This document shows positions 26,601 through 35,406 of a DNA stretch of 64,000 bases, piece after piece; position 1 is the first letter of the stretch, and the number at the start of each line of letters is the position of its first letter. Source of the stretch: an uncultured Verrucomicrobiota bacterium (GTDB taxonomy: Bacteria; Verrucomicrobiota; Kiritimatiellia; RZYC01); contig CAZBEO010000001.1 in assembly GCA_964490935.1 (NCBI GenBank), positions 20,742 to 84,741 of the forward strand. The letters run 5' to 3'. The notes under the pieces are model-generated. The model was not told the origin of the DNA, did not search any database, and saw only the letters and a program-made list of their open reading frames with translations. The translations under genes were made by a program, and so were the position numbers.

Positions 26601-29031
26601 GCCCGCTGATGGGCACCCAGACCGCGCCAAAGCCGCTGCCTTCATCCGGGATGGTACCAACGAGCGCAACGGATTTGTAGGCCGTGCCGTCGCCGCCGTT
26701 GTAGGCGAGCACCGAGTAATAGGAAAGTTCCACGCCGGCGGTTCCGGCGATTTCCACGCCTTCATCGGCATCCGTGCCTGCGTTGTCGTAATGGAGTTCA
26801 TTGATCCAGACCGTGCCATCCACCAGCACACGAATGGTGGCCGTGCGCGATTCCGTACCATCGGCATCCGTCGCCTGGAACGCACACGCATACACCCCGG
26901 CGGGCCCGGCGTTCGGCCATGAAAAACTTCCCTGCTCATTGGTGGAGGCAAAGAAGGCACCGGCAGGAAGGTTGGTGCAGGAGAGCGTGGCTGTGTCGCC
27001 ATCGGTGAGTTTGGCGTGTACGGAAAATTCGAGGGTTTGCCCTTCGGTCACGCGCTGGAGGGGGATGGCATCGAGCGAGGGCGGCGTGCGCCCGAGACTG
27101 AAAGATTTCATCACGGCCATGTGCGCATTTCCTATGGAGTCCGAATCGCTGTTCAGCACGGGCGAAGGCGGGGGCGGATTCGTCCAGAGGCGCGTATCGA
27201 AAACGAGCCCGTCGTGGAAGTCAACGCCCTGCACGGTCGTGCGGTAGTGATTTTCTTCGAGGTTGCGGCTGGGCAACACGTAGTCGAATGGGTACTCCCG
27301 GTTTCGGCTTGTTTCCGTGACCCCATATTGATCGGTGGGCTTGCGGGCATCGCTAACGACGTTGGTCAGAATCGCCAGGCAGGGCTCGGCACGCGACGCG
27401 GTGTTCAGGTCGCCGGCGATAACCAGATAATCGTTGGTCGGAAAATTCGCCAGAGCGATGTAGTTGGTCAGCAGGCGTGCCTCGGCGGCGCGATCCTCTT
27501 CGGTTCCAGAATAATAGATATGCAGACTGACCACGTGCAGATCGCGGTCGCCGGGGATATCAATGGTGGCCCAGGCGATATCGCGGTTCGCCGTGATCGG
27601 ATCGGCCCATTCCCCCGCGGCGGTGATGGGCCAGCGGCTGATAATGGCGTTGGGCTGCGGAAAATAGGCGCTGGATTGTGGTTCGATGTAATAATAATAC
27701 TCCGTGCCGAAAAAGACATCGACGAATTCGCGCATCGTGCTGTTCGTGATGTTACACTCTTGTAACCCGACAATATCCGGCTTCAGGGCGTGAAAGATGC
27801 GGTACGCCGGCTCCTTGTAGACCGAAGGAAAGCCATCAACCAAGTTGGCGGCCATGATGGAGATCGTTTCGTTGTCGCGGATCGAGAGCGTATGCGTGGC
27901 GGGCTCTCCGATCGTTGCCCCCTCCGCCCCATCCAGCGTCAGTGCGAGCGTTTCCACGCTTTCCATGTTGTCATCATCGGCAATCACCACGGAAATCATC
28001 TGCTGCGTTTCGCCGCCCGCCGTGAACACCAGCGAGGTGGGCGACACCGTGTAGTCCACCCCCGCCGAGGCCGTCCCGCCCGCATCGCCGATCCACACCG
28101 TCACATCCGCCGAACGCGAAAGAACCACGGCTACCTGCTGCGTACCGACATCCTCGTCCACCAGCGCATCCGCATAGGCGAAACAAACGGAGGGCGGTTC
28201 CGCCACCGTCAGGTTGACTTCGTCCAGGCTGTACCCATCCTTATCCGACGCATAAAACTGCATCGTTTGGACGCCGACGGGCGTCGCGCCCGCCCAGCGA
28301 AACGTCCCGTGCTCATTGGTCGAGACAAACGTCGAACCCGAGGGCGCGTTGCTCACCGACAGCGTCACCGGATCGCCATCCGTGGGCGTGGCAAACACGC
28401 TAAACTCGATCGTATCGCCCAGGGTGACGGTTCGGCTGGGAATGGCCTGTAACACGGGCGGCGTGTTGGCCGCTGCGCCATCATAATAATACAGCTCCAC
28501 GAATTCATAAAAAAAGTTGGCGGCATCCGAATATTCCGTAATCACCAGCACCGAGGTCTCGTCGGTTCCGACGCCCCCGACGCCCGGGGTCGCATCCGCC
28601 ATGCCCAGGGTACTCCAGTTGGTGACGGCATCGCCGCCCACCGAGGCATTCAGGCGCTGGATCGAGTTCCTTTTCGGATCACGCGACAAGGGCGTCGGGC
28701 CATCCAGCACCACCGAAGAGGCGTCCAGCAGGGAAAACTGTTCGCCGCCATCAATCACCGGCAACTGATTTTCCGCATTGAGGTAGAGCACTTCATCGCC
28801 CAGTGTGACCCCCCAGTACGCTTCAAAGTCGGCGCGGGAACCGTAACGACCAACAATCAGGTATTCACCCGGCTCGATCGTCGTTCCATCGGGCAGCGTA
28901 TACGTCTTGCTCCTGTTGGTTTGCTTGACCTTGTACCCCGAAACATCCAGGGCCGACGCCGTAACCACCAACGAGAGCCCCAGCAACATGGCGCACCACA
29001 GCTTAAAATATCCCGAGCTTCTGCATCCCAT
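23605..29031 (-). CDS. giant secreted multidomain protein (1808 aa): lamin-tail domains x4, Ig-like (He_PIG-type) repeats x~7, Calx-beta, endonuclease/exonuclease/phosphatase (EEP) domain, C-terminal Ca-binding Asp-rich module
   Basis: LTD motifs (WINELHYDNAGTDADEGVEIAG, LWINEFHYDNDGTDTGEFVEIAG, VWINEIHYDNDGGDTNEGVEIAG). EEP motifs (LQEC...AGDLNTASR...FDYVLP). Calx-beta (VDYTVSPTSL...SIRDNE). Signal peptide. ATG with an AAGGA RBS. Confidence 0.7.
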   Translation of the reverse strand: MGCRSSGYFKLWCAMLLGLSLVVTASALDVSGYKVKQTNRSKTYTLPDGTTIEPGEYLIVGRYGSRADFEAYWGVTLGDEVLYLNAENQLPVIDGGEQFSLLDASSVVLDGPTPLSRDPKRNSIQRLNASVGGDAVTNWSTLGMADATPGVGGVGTDETSVLVITEYSDAANFFYEFVELYYYDGAAANTPPVLQAIPSRTVTLGDTIEFSVFATPTDGDPVTLSVSNAPSGSTFVSTNEHGTFRWAGATPVGVQTMQFYASDKDGYSLDEVNLTVAEPPSVCFAYADALVDEDVGTQQVAVVLSRSADVTVWIGDAGGTASAGVDYTVSPTSLVFTAGGETQQMISVVIADDDNMESVETLALTLDGAEGATIGEPATHTLSIRDNETISIMAANLVDGFPSVYKEPAYRIFHALKPDIVGLQECNITNSTMREFVDVFFGTEYYYYIEPQSSAYFPQPNAIISRWPITAAGEWADPITANRDIAWATIDIPGDRDLHVVSLHIYYSGTEEDRAAEARLLTNYIALANFPTNDYLVIAGDLNTASRAEPCLAILTNVVSDARKPTDQYGVTETSRNREYPFDYVLPSRNLEENHYRTTVQGVDFHDGLVFDTRLWTNPPPPSPVLNSDSDSIGNAHMAVMKSFSLGRTPPSLDAIPLQRVTEGQTLEFSVHAKLTDGDTATLSCTNLPAGAFFASTNEQGSFSWPNAGPAGVYACAFQATDADGTESRTATIRVLVDGTVWINELHYDNAGTDADEGVEIAGTAGVELSYYSVLAYNGGDGTAYKSVALVGTIPDEGSGFGAVWVPISGLQNETEGIALVMDETNLVQFISYEGVMVGVTGPAAEESSENIGSESGAETGCSLQLTGLGTAYADFIWQDNGLAASHGLLNELQRMYPSADAGEQPPAIYPIRNPIVVQSNALEFTITAVDVNGDVITLSVSNAPPGSTFNSSGATGTFSWASAVPAGVYTTTFYAVDNDGAGTETVIITVASGAQAPVIQNVADKIITTGLTLSFEVAATDADGDAITMTVSNLPAGANFSAEAGLGLFTWSNAAPAGAYTCVFYATDTDGADSDSVKITVSPATNAPVLQPIGNRHVIQNQTLQFSVTAVDPDEESITLSAFDLPPSATFVSLDDTGVFTWSNTAVCGVYTTTFQAVDNDGIDSEAITIEVLAEGDLWINEFHYDNDGTDTGEFVEIAGTAGLDLAYYALFYYRTDGSVYASNALSGVLPDEGCGYGAVPFTKILQQTGGIALVRDWTNLVVLLSYSPTFLAINGPAAGEYSLDVVVRESNDTTPIGNSLQLSGLGTNYMEFIWSNPTNSATPGWLNEHQLIYPCNGETNLPPVLNPIGNQSVIESNSLNFTVHATDYNGDAITYSVSNAPAGSTFLSDTFEWLTPNPLGVYTCTFYATDGRLTDSETITLEVRIGNTNPPVLTAIGGKTALQGSSLSFAVTATDPDNEPITLSVSNAPSGATFGSTNGSGTFTWAQAQPVGIYTCTFYAVGDDGVDFEDVTLRIAESASVWINEIHYDNDGGDTNEGVEIAGPAGISLTNYTLIPYNGYNGEAYAGAISLSGLLPDEGCGFGTLWFDMPGLQNGSPDGLALVRRSDSAVIQFLSYEGVFTAANNLAVGTLSTDIGVSESTTLALGRSLQLSGAGTTYADFTWAAATDATRGSLNTAQTITGCTGDADSDGLPDTWENTYFASPTAAQSDDDTDGDGMSNRDEYTAHTDPTDPASLFAVNPVASSSQDYVTFFTASDRIYHIYSTTNLTTPQWNAVQTNIPGTGGAIQIPVTNHGTLYIRTRVSIP

Positions 29032-29233
29032 CTGGTCACATCCTTCAATTTGCCTATAGTGGGTTGGAATATAACCCGAAGCGCACAGAAAGTTTACCTT
29101 TCTAGCAGGAGGGGGCGCGTGAAAGAGAGTGAAACCACAAGGATTACTTCGAAGTTAAACGTGGGATTCAACTTCACATAAAAGGAGGGACATAAATATT
29201 CCTTTTCCCTTAATACAGGGTCATAATGAGGGC

Positions 29234-29716
29234 ATGACAAAAAAGGTATATATTGAAACAAGTACTGTAAGCTACTTAACGGGTCGTGCAAACAGAGATG
29301 TGGTGCTGGCGGGTCACCAGCAGTCAACGCAGGAATTCTGGGAACTTCTTGGCCGGGGACTGGACCCTTATGTTTCCGCCTTAGTTGTGAAAGAAGCCTC
29401 GGAAGGAGATCCCGAATCCGCGAGCAGACGATTATCCGCCATTGACGCTTTCTTGATCCTGAAAACGACACCAGATGCCGAGGTGTTATCAGAAAAAATA
29501 TTGGAAGCGCATGGTGTCCCAAAAGAATTTCCCGAGGATGCACTTCACATTGCTATCGCAGCCGTCAATGGGATGGATTTCATGGTCACATGGAACTTTA
29601 AACACATTAACAATCCATTTACGAAAATGATGATTCGTCATGCTGTTGAGAATGCTGGCTATGAATGTCCTGAAATGGTATCTCCTGAAGCATTTCTGGG
29701 AGGAAATAATGAATGA
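29234..29716 (+). CDS. PIN-domain protein (VapC-like putative toxin)
   Basis: VYIETS near the N-terminus; C-terminal EDALHIAIAAVNGMDFMVTWNFKHI PIN-like acidic-residue pattern. Confidence 0.45.
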   Translation: MTKKVYIETSTVSYLTGRANRDVVLAGHQQSTQEFWELLGRGLDPYVSALVVKEASEGDPESASRRLSAIDAFLILKTTPDAEVLSEKILEAHGVPKEFPEDALHIAIAAVNGMDFMVTWNFKHINNPFTKMMIRHAVENAGYECPEMVSPEAFLGGNNE

Positions 29717-29921
29717 TCCTTATGTAGATGAAATACGGAAATATCGGATGGCTCATACGCATGCCTTTAATGGCGATATCCACCGCATAGGTGAAGACCT
29801 GCGGAGTTTCGAATCAACGCTGGGCAGCCGGGTTGTATCTCTCGAGCCTAAACGACTCCGTCAACAACCGGCTATACGCGTATGTTTGACCCACAATGGG
29901 TCAAACGTCGGCGAACTGTAA
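29709..29921 (+). CDS. small protein (71 aa) overlapping the PIN gene stop by 8 nt; possible cognate partner
   Basis: ATG preceded by GGAGG. Sequence MNDPYVDEIRKYRMAHTHAFNGDIHRIGEDL. No confident family. Confidence 0.3.
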   Translation: MNDPYVDEIRKYRMAHTHAFNGDIHRIGEDLRSFESTLGSRVVSLEPKRLRQQPAIRVCLTHNGSNVGEL

Positions 29922-29953
29922 CCGGTCGAAATGCAACACTTGGGAGGCGTGCC

Positions 29954-31399
29954 ATGTCTGAACCGATCACCCGTTACAAACCCATTGTGTATATTGTCGG
30001 CCTGACGGCCGCGCTGGCGGGCCTGCTCTTCGGGCTCGACGTGGGCGTCATTTCCGGCGCGCTTCAATTCATTGAAAAGGACCTGGGCATCGGCACGTTT
30101 GGCATAGAGGAAGTCGTGAGTGCACTGTTGTGGGGCGCCACGTTCGGCGCGCTGATCAGTGGCTTCTTCACCAAGGCGCTGGGGCGCAAAAGCACCCTGC
30201 TCATCGGCGCAGTCATCTTTGCACTCGGCTCGCTCTGCTGTTCGATCGCTCCCACGGCGGGCATCCTGATCGGCGCGCGCTTTGTGCTGGGTATTGCCGT
30301 GGGCATCGCCTCCTTCACCGCCCCGATGTATCTTTCGGAAATCGCTCCCCGCTCCATTCGCGGCGCCCTGGTCTCCATGTATCAGCTCCTCATCACCATC
30401 GGCATCGTCCTCGCCTTCATGAGCGACACCTATTTCGCCACCTACTGCCGCATCCACGAAGTACTCGGCGGGCATTGGCGTCTCATGCTCGGATCCCTTG
30501 TGGTGCCCTCCACCCTCATGTTCATTGCCGTCTTCTTCCTTCCTGAAAGCCCCCGCTGGCTCCTGCTCAAAGGACGCAGCGAACACGCGCGCCGAGTGCT
30601 CGACCGCATCCGCAACACCACCGAAGAAGTCTCCCGCGAAATCGAAGAAATAGAAACCAGTCTCGAAGCGAAACAAAACGGCTTCCACCTGCTGCGCAAC
30701 AACCCCGGTTTCCGAAAAGTCCTGCTGCTCGGCATCGGATTGCAGGTGATTCAACAACTCACCGGCATCAACGTGGTCATGTATTACGCACCGAAAATTT
30801 TCAGCATCGCCGGATTTCAAACCTCCGCCGAACAAATGTGGGGTACCGTTCTCGTGGGCTGCATCAATGTGCTGGCCACCTTTGTGGCCATTGCCTTCGT
30901 GGATAAACTCGGACGCAAACCCATCATGTACGGCGGCTTCATCGTCATGGGCATCGCCATGACCGCCGTCGGCCTCTGCTTTAAATTCGGACTCGATAAT
31001 CATCCCGCCATTCAGACCAATCCGGCCCTTCACGCCGTGAATCCCCTGCTCTCCTTCGCGGCGATTGCCTTCATCCTTCTATTCATCATCGGCTTTGCCG
31101 CCAGTGCCGGGCCGATCATCTGGGTTATGTGCGCAGAAATATTCCCGACTGCGGGCCGCGATCTGGGCATCACCGTTTCCACCTGCACCAACTGGGTGGT
31201 CAACGGGATTGTCGGCATGACCTTCCTTTCTCTGCTCGACGGCTTCGGACACGGCAACACCTTCCTGCTCTACGGCGGCATCGAGGTCCTCTTCATCCTC
31301 TTCTTCCTGCGCTGGGCCCCCGAAACCAAGGGCGTATCCCTCGAAGAAATCGAAGCCAACGTGCTGCACGGAAAAAAACTCCGCGACATCGGACGCTAA
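29954..31399 (+). CDS. MFS sugar porter (sugar:H+ symporter family)
   Basis: Sugar-transporter signatures GLLFGLDVGVISGA, GRK, and PESPRWL. GGGAGG RBS at the internal ATG. Confidence 0.8.
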   Translation: MSEPITRYKPIVYIVGLTAALAGLLFGLDVGVISGALQFIEKDLGIGTFGIEEVVSALLWGATFGALISGFFTKALGRKSTLLIGAVIFALGSLCCSIAPTAGILIGARFVLGIAVGIASFTAPMYLSEIAPRSIRGALVSMYQLLITIGIVLAFMSDTYFATYCRIHEVLGGHWRLMLGSLVVPSTLMFIAVFFLPESPRWLLLKGRSEHARRVLDRIRNTTEEVSREIEEIETSLEAKQNGFHLLRNNPGFRKVLLLGIGLQVIQQLTGINVVMYYAPKIFSIAGFQTSAEQMWGTVLVGCINVLATFVAIAFVDKLGRKPIMYGGFIVMGIAMTAVGLCFKFGLDNHPAIQTNPALHAVNPLLSFAAIAFILLFIIGFAASAGPIIWVMCAEIFPTAGRDLGITVSTCTNWVVNGIVGMTFLSLLDGFGHGNTFLLYGGIEVLFILFFLRWAPETKGVSLEEIEANVLHGKKLRDIGR

Positions 31400-31420
31400 A
31401 ACGATTTCGCTGATTCTTTT

Positions 31421-31435
31421 GGAGGGTGAGCGTCC
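31421..31435 (+). repeat. GGAGGGTGAGCGTCC, a REP-like dispersed motif copy
   Basis: Member of a motif family also seen at 32651, 43451, 56635, 60318 and 60436. Confidence 0.5.
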
Positions 31436-31518
31436 ATGGATTGCCATTCAACACCACGGGCTGAAATCCCGCGCTACACGGGCACAGCCACCACACAGAA
31501 CTCATGCATGATCCATGG

Positions 31519-32460
31519 TTAGTTGCTCCCGTACGCTGCGGCGCGGTCCTGTCTACGTGCCAATTCACTGGTATAATGACAACCAAGGCTCGATGATCGC
31601 TCTCTTGCCCAATCGGTTAGCTTGGTATGTCCGGCAGGCGAAGTGTTCACATAGAGGAGATTGTCCATCAACCCCTTGATTTCTTCCCGGGTGATCATGA
31701 CGTCACCGACCAGTTTTCCTATAGCCCATCCGACCGCATAGCCAACAGCTGGCGGAACCGGGATAATGAATCGCCTCTTGCCGATGATATCACCGACCGT
31801 TTCGACGAGCCCCCTGTACGTAAACGTTTCCGGCCCGATGGCGTTAATCACTTGGTCATCGCGCTTACGCCCCTGTTGCACAGCCAAGTCGGCGAGATCG
31901 CCCACATGAATCGGCTGGAGCTTGTACTGCCCGTCACCGAAGACGCCAAAAAGAGCAAGGTGACGCAAGGCCCAGGCGATGTTGTTTACGAGGATGTCCT
32001 CCTTCCCAAACAGTACCGTCGGACGCAGAATCGAATGCGAGAGGCCGCTTTCGACAAGCATTCTTTCGAGAAGCGCCTTTCCTCTGAAGTATTCCAATGG
32101 GGAATCTTCAGATGGATTGGTGATGCTCACATGAACCACTCGCTCGACGCCTGCCGCCGTCGCCGCATCAAAGAGAATCTTGGTGTTTCGCACGGCATCG
32201 GCATGCGTGAAACTGCGGTGGTTGAATCGCACCCAATACGTATTATAAAGGACGGAGACGCCCCGGAGGGAGTCCACAAGCAGTTTCGGGTCTTCGAAGT
32301 GAAAGGGCGTGGCGCGCACCCGATCGCCAAAAGGGTTTCGGCGCTGCGTGGAGTTTGTAAGTGTGATTACGGTCTTGCCCTCCGACAACAGGCGCTCGGC
32401 GATGTATTTCCCCGAGTACCCAAACGCTCCTGTAACAGCGTGTATGTTTCTTTCATTCAT
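31519..32460 (-). CDS. NAD(P)H-binding NmrA/NDUFA9-like SDR-family protein
   Basis: AVTGAFGYSGKYIAERL Rossmann motif; length and architecture fit the atypical SDR/complex I NDUFA9-like family. Confidence 0.7.
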   Translation of the reverse strand: MNERNIHAVTGAFGYSGKYIAERLLSEGKTVITLTNSTQRRNPFGDRVRATPFHFEDPKLLVDSLRGVSVLYNTYWVRFNHRSFTHADAVRNTKILFDAATAAGVERVVHVSITNPSEDSPLEYFRGKALLERMLVESGLSHSILRPTVLFGKEDILVNNIAWALRHLALFGVFGDGQYKLQPIHVGDLADLAVQQGRKRDDQVINAIGPETFTYRGLVETVGDIIGKRRFIIPVPPAVGYAVGWAIGKLVGDVMITREEIKGLMDNLLYVNTSPAGHTKLTDWARERSSSLGCHYTSELARRQDRAAAYGSN

Positions 32461-32650
32461 AATCTGAGACTCATATTTTCACTCTTGGAAGCCAGCATAG
32501 CCCGTTCAATTTTACTGCGCCACTTTTCTCTCCCAAAACTTTCTATGCGATCTATGCGTTCCTTGTGGTGAATGAAAAACAACAGACTCGCGATGGCCTT
32601 TGCGAAAAATGGCCCTTTCGGATCATGCCTTTCGTGTTTTACGGTTCGCG

Positions 32651-32665
32651 GGGACGCTCACCCTC
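32651..32665 (-). repeat. inverted copy of the GGAGGGTGAGCGTCC motif
   Basis: An exact reverse complement. The following ~45 nt (ATGAATGGCCATTCAACACCACGG...GCGCTACA) are a direct repeat of 31436..31480. Confidence 0.5.
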
Positions 32666-32846
32666 CATGAATGGCCATTCAACACCACGGCGCGGAAGCC
32701 CGCGCTACATTCAATCATCTTGCGCCTGCGCCATTTTCGTCCCTTGACTTTTTAGTACGTCCACTCCAAAAATAGCCGCCGGTGGAAAAGACCCATGGCA
32801 TTTCGAGCATGGCTATATTGATAGCATCAATTTCAAAGAGTGACGT

Positions 32847-33620
32847 ATGTCAACGTGGGAATCACTACTAGTACATCTCCGGCGGGTGCGGCGGGGCATC
32901 TGGTTTGATGCGGCCGTCTTTCTGGCCAACTGCTGGCTGGTGCCGCGTCTCACAGCGATATCGGAGGAGGACGGAGAAACGAGCCTTGCCTATGCGGCGG
33001 CGATGATGTTTTCGCTGCTGCTCTACGTGCTGGGCGCGGGGCTCAAGCGCCGGCCCTTGCAGGAACGGCTCGCCCGAACCGTGCGCAAACCAACCGCCAC
33101 CTGGGCATGGATTGTTCTGTTCACCTTGATTATCATGCAGTTCGCGTTGGGCATGGTCCTCTTTATGATAAGCACCGATGCGCTGGCCCTGCACTTCGCG
33201 GCCTCTCCGTGGATGCCTGCCAAGGATTCCGTATGGCTGCTGGTTCCGTCCTTGGTCGCAGGATCTGCGCCGGTAGTCATGACCATTCGTGCGTTGCTGC
33301 CGATGCCCAACGCCGCGGAAGCTTGGGTTCCGGCAGGTACCGACCTGCGCCGACAGGAACGGTTTGCCGATACTGCGCTGTATTTTTCAGCCCTGGTTAT
33401 GCTCTCGATTTGGGATGGCATGTTCATGCAATCCCTCGCCGGACGGGGCCCCTACCCCTGGTATATGGCCGCCCTGCTCATCACCCTGATTACGGTTCCT
33501 TTTGCCATGTTTTACGCGGCGCCACGCATTCTTTTTCTGGCAGAAGATTACCGGCGGCCCACCACGTGGCTGCGCATTGCGACCGTTATGCTGCCGCTCT
33601 CCGTGCGCCTACTGACCTAA
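32847..33620 (+). CDS. hypothetical integral membrane protein
   Basis: Multiple hydrophobic segments; no recognised family. Confidence 0.45.
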   Translation: MSTWESLLVHLRRVRRGIWFDAAVFLANCWLVPRLTAISEEDGETSLAYAAAMMFSLLLYVLGAGLKRRPLQERLARTVRKPTATWAWIVLFTLIIMQFALGMVLFMISTDALALHFAASPWMPAKDSVWLLVPSLVAGSAPVVMTIRALLPMPNAAEAWVPAGTDLRRQERFADTALYFSALVMLSIWDGMFMQSLAGRGPYPWYMAALLITLITVPFAMFYAAPRILFLAEDYRRPTTWLRIATVMLPLSVRLLT

Positions 33621-33680
33621 ACAGCGGGTACCCTGTTGTGATTTGGAAGAGAGATGCGAAGGTAATGAGCCCTTGTTTTG

Positions 33681-34047
33681 TCAGGAATTCTCCAGAGTCT
33701 CTGCATCAACTTTGTCTTTTGCTCGTCCGGTTGAATTTTTATTTTTGATCATGTTCTCTTTTGAGAGAATTGGAATAGACAGGGATTCAATTTCAATGAT
33801 TACTTTGTCCTTATATGCCTCTTCCTCTAACAATGCTAACAGCATTTCTTTGTAATCTTGATTCAACATCGTATTTCTTTGTTAATGAGAAAACTTCCTT
33901 GGTTAGCTCCCATACAAATGAAACGGACTCGCTAGCCGATAGACTAACGGGACTTTCCCGTGAGGATATGTTGGAAGAAAATTTTCTGGTTACTGTTCTG
34001 TCTAGTTTCATGATACGAAAATAGCATAATACCGACTTCTGCTTCAA
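33681..34047 (-). pseudogene. frameshifted gene remnant inside a low-GC (~38%) island
   Basis: Two overlapping minus-strand ORFs in different frames (33811..34047 and 33681..33869). The base composition contrasts with the ~60% GC surroundings. Confidence 0.3.
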
Positions 34048-34212
34048 CTCCTATTCCCAAAGCTGGCCCCCCGCCAATTGACGTTGCGTGATTCTCGCTC
34101 TCTTCATTCGTTGGAATTTCGGTTGAAAAACACCCGGGAACACGCTACAGGACTGGAGTAGCAATACGGCCCGCAGAAAAAAACTAACTCTCCAAAAAAC
34201 GAAAAGCGCACC

Positions 34213-35406
34213 GTGAAACAGAAGAAGAAAAACTACGAACCGCCCGAGCATCCATCCTCTGTCGGTCTGACCCGCGCGCAACGCCTGCGCGTGGTCGAGC
34301 CCGACCAACCTCTGCTCCTTGAATCTGGAGCCACCCTCGCCCCGATCGATATCGAATACGAAGCCTACGGCACACTCAACGCCGCGCGCGACAACGCCGT
34401 ACTCATCACCCACGCCCTCTCCGGCGATGCCCACGCTGCCGGATGGGATGACCCCGAAACCGCCGCCGAACGCCCTTGGCGCCTGCGTAAGCCCGGCTGG
34501 TGGGATGCCATCATCGGCCCCGGAAAGGCGATCGACACCAACCGCTGGTACGTCCTGTGCACCAACGTCCTCGGTAGTTGCTACGGCACCACCGGCCCCG
34601 CCTGCCTCGACCCCGAAACCGGCCAGTCTTATGGCCTCCGCTTTCCCATCGTCACCGTGGGCGACTGGGTTCACCTCCAGGCCCGCCTCCTTGATCACCT
34701 CGGCATCGAGCGCCTCCACGCCGTCATCGGCGGTTCCCTCGGCGGCCAGCAGGCCCTCGAGTGGGCACTCAAATATCCCGACCGTGTCAACAAATGCGGC
34801 GTACTCGCCGCCGCCGCCCGGCTCTCCGCCCAGGGCCTTGCCTACAACGCCGTCGGACGCTATTCCATCCTCCACGACCCCGCCTTCTGCGACGGCGATT
34901 ACTACGGCGCCATCGGCCCCAACCACGGTCTCGCCGCCGCCCGGATGCTCGCTCACATCACCTACCTTTCCGAGGAAAGCATGAACCACAAATTCGGACG
35001 CCGCCGCAAAGGCGCCGACACCGGCTACGGCTTCGACATCGAATACGAAGTCGAAAGCTACCTTGAATATCAGGGCCAAACCTTTGTCCAGCGCTTCGAT
35101 GCCAACAGCTACCTCTACATCACCCGCGCCATGGATTATTACGATGCCGCCGCTCGCGCCGGCGGCGATCTCACCGAGGCCTGCTCGCGCCTCCAATCCC
35201 AGATGCTCGTGGTGTCCTTCTCCACCGACTGGCTCTACCCGCCCCCTCAATGCCGCGAACTCGCTCTTGCCATCGCCCGCAACGGGAAAGGCGTCCACCA
35301 CGTCGAAATACAAACACGCCACGGACACGACGCCTTCCTCGTCGAAACCGAAAAAGTTTCGCGCCTCCTCGGCCGCTTCCTTACCTCGAAAGGGTTTCAC
35401 TCATGA
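34213..35406 (+). CDS. metX: homoserine O-acetyltransferase MetX
   Basis: An alpha/beta-hydrolase MetX fold throughout, with the catalytic GGSLGG nucleophile elbow. GTG start. Confidence 0.85.
   Translation: MKQKKKNYEPPEHPSSVGLTRAQRLRVVEPDQPLLLESGATLAPIDIEYEAYGTLNAARDNAVLITHALSGDAHAAGWDDPETAAERPWRLRKPGWWDAIIGPGKAIDTNRWYVLCTNVLGSCYGTTGPACLDPETGQSYGLRFPIVTVGDWVHLQARLLDHLGIERLHAVIGGSLGGQQALEWALKYPDRVNKCGVLAAAARLSAQGLAYNAVGRYSILHDPAFCDGDYYGAIGPNHGLAAARMLAHITYLSEESMNHKFGRRRKGADTGYGFDIEYEVESYLEYQGQTFVQRFDANSYLYITRAMDYYDAAARAGGDLTEACSRLQSQMLVVSFSTDWLYPPPQCRELALAIARNGKGVHHVEIQTRHGHDAFLVETEKVSRLLGRFLTSKGFHS

Noticed and set aside
24000-28700. Regularly recurring ~300-bp DNA repeats that could be mistaken for a CRISPR-like or tandem array
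   Set aside because: They are in-frame repeated Ig-like and lamin-tail domain coding blocks of the 1808-aa protein. They have no short direct repeats with unique spacers.
29882-29953. N-terminal extension of the sugar transporter ORF
   Set aside because: The extension lacks an RBS and overlaps the preceding small ORF. The internal ATG at 29954 has a GGGAGG RBS and begins the conserved transporter N-terminus.
34051-35400. 449-aa minus-strand ORF antisense to metX
   Set aside because: Gly/Ala/Val-rich low-complexity sequence. metX on the plus strand is unambiguous.
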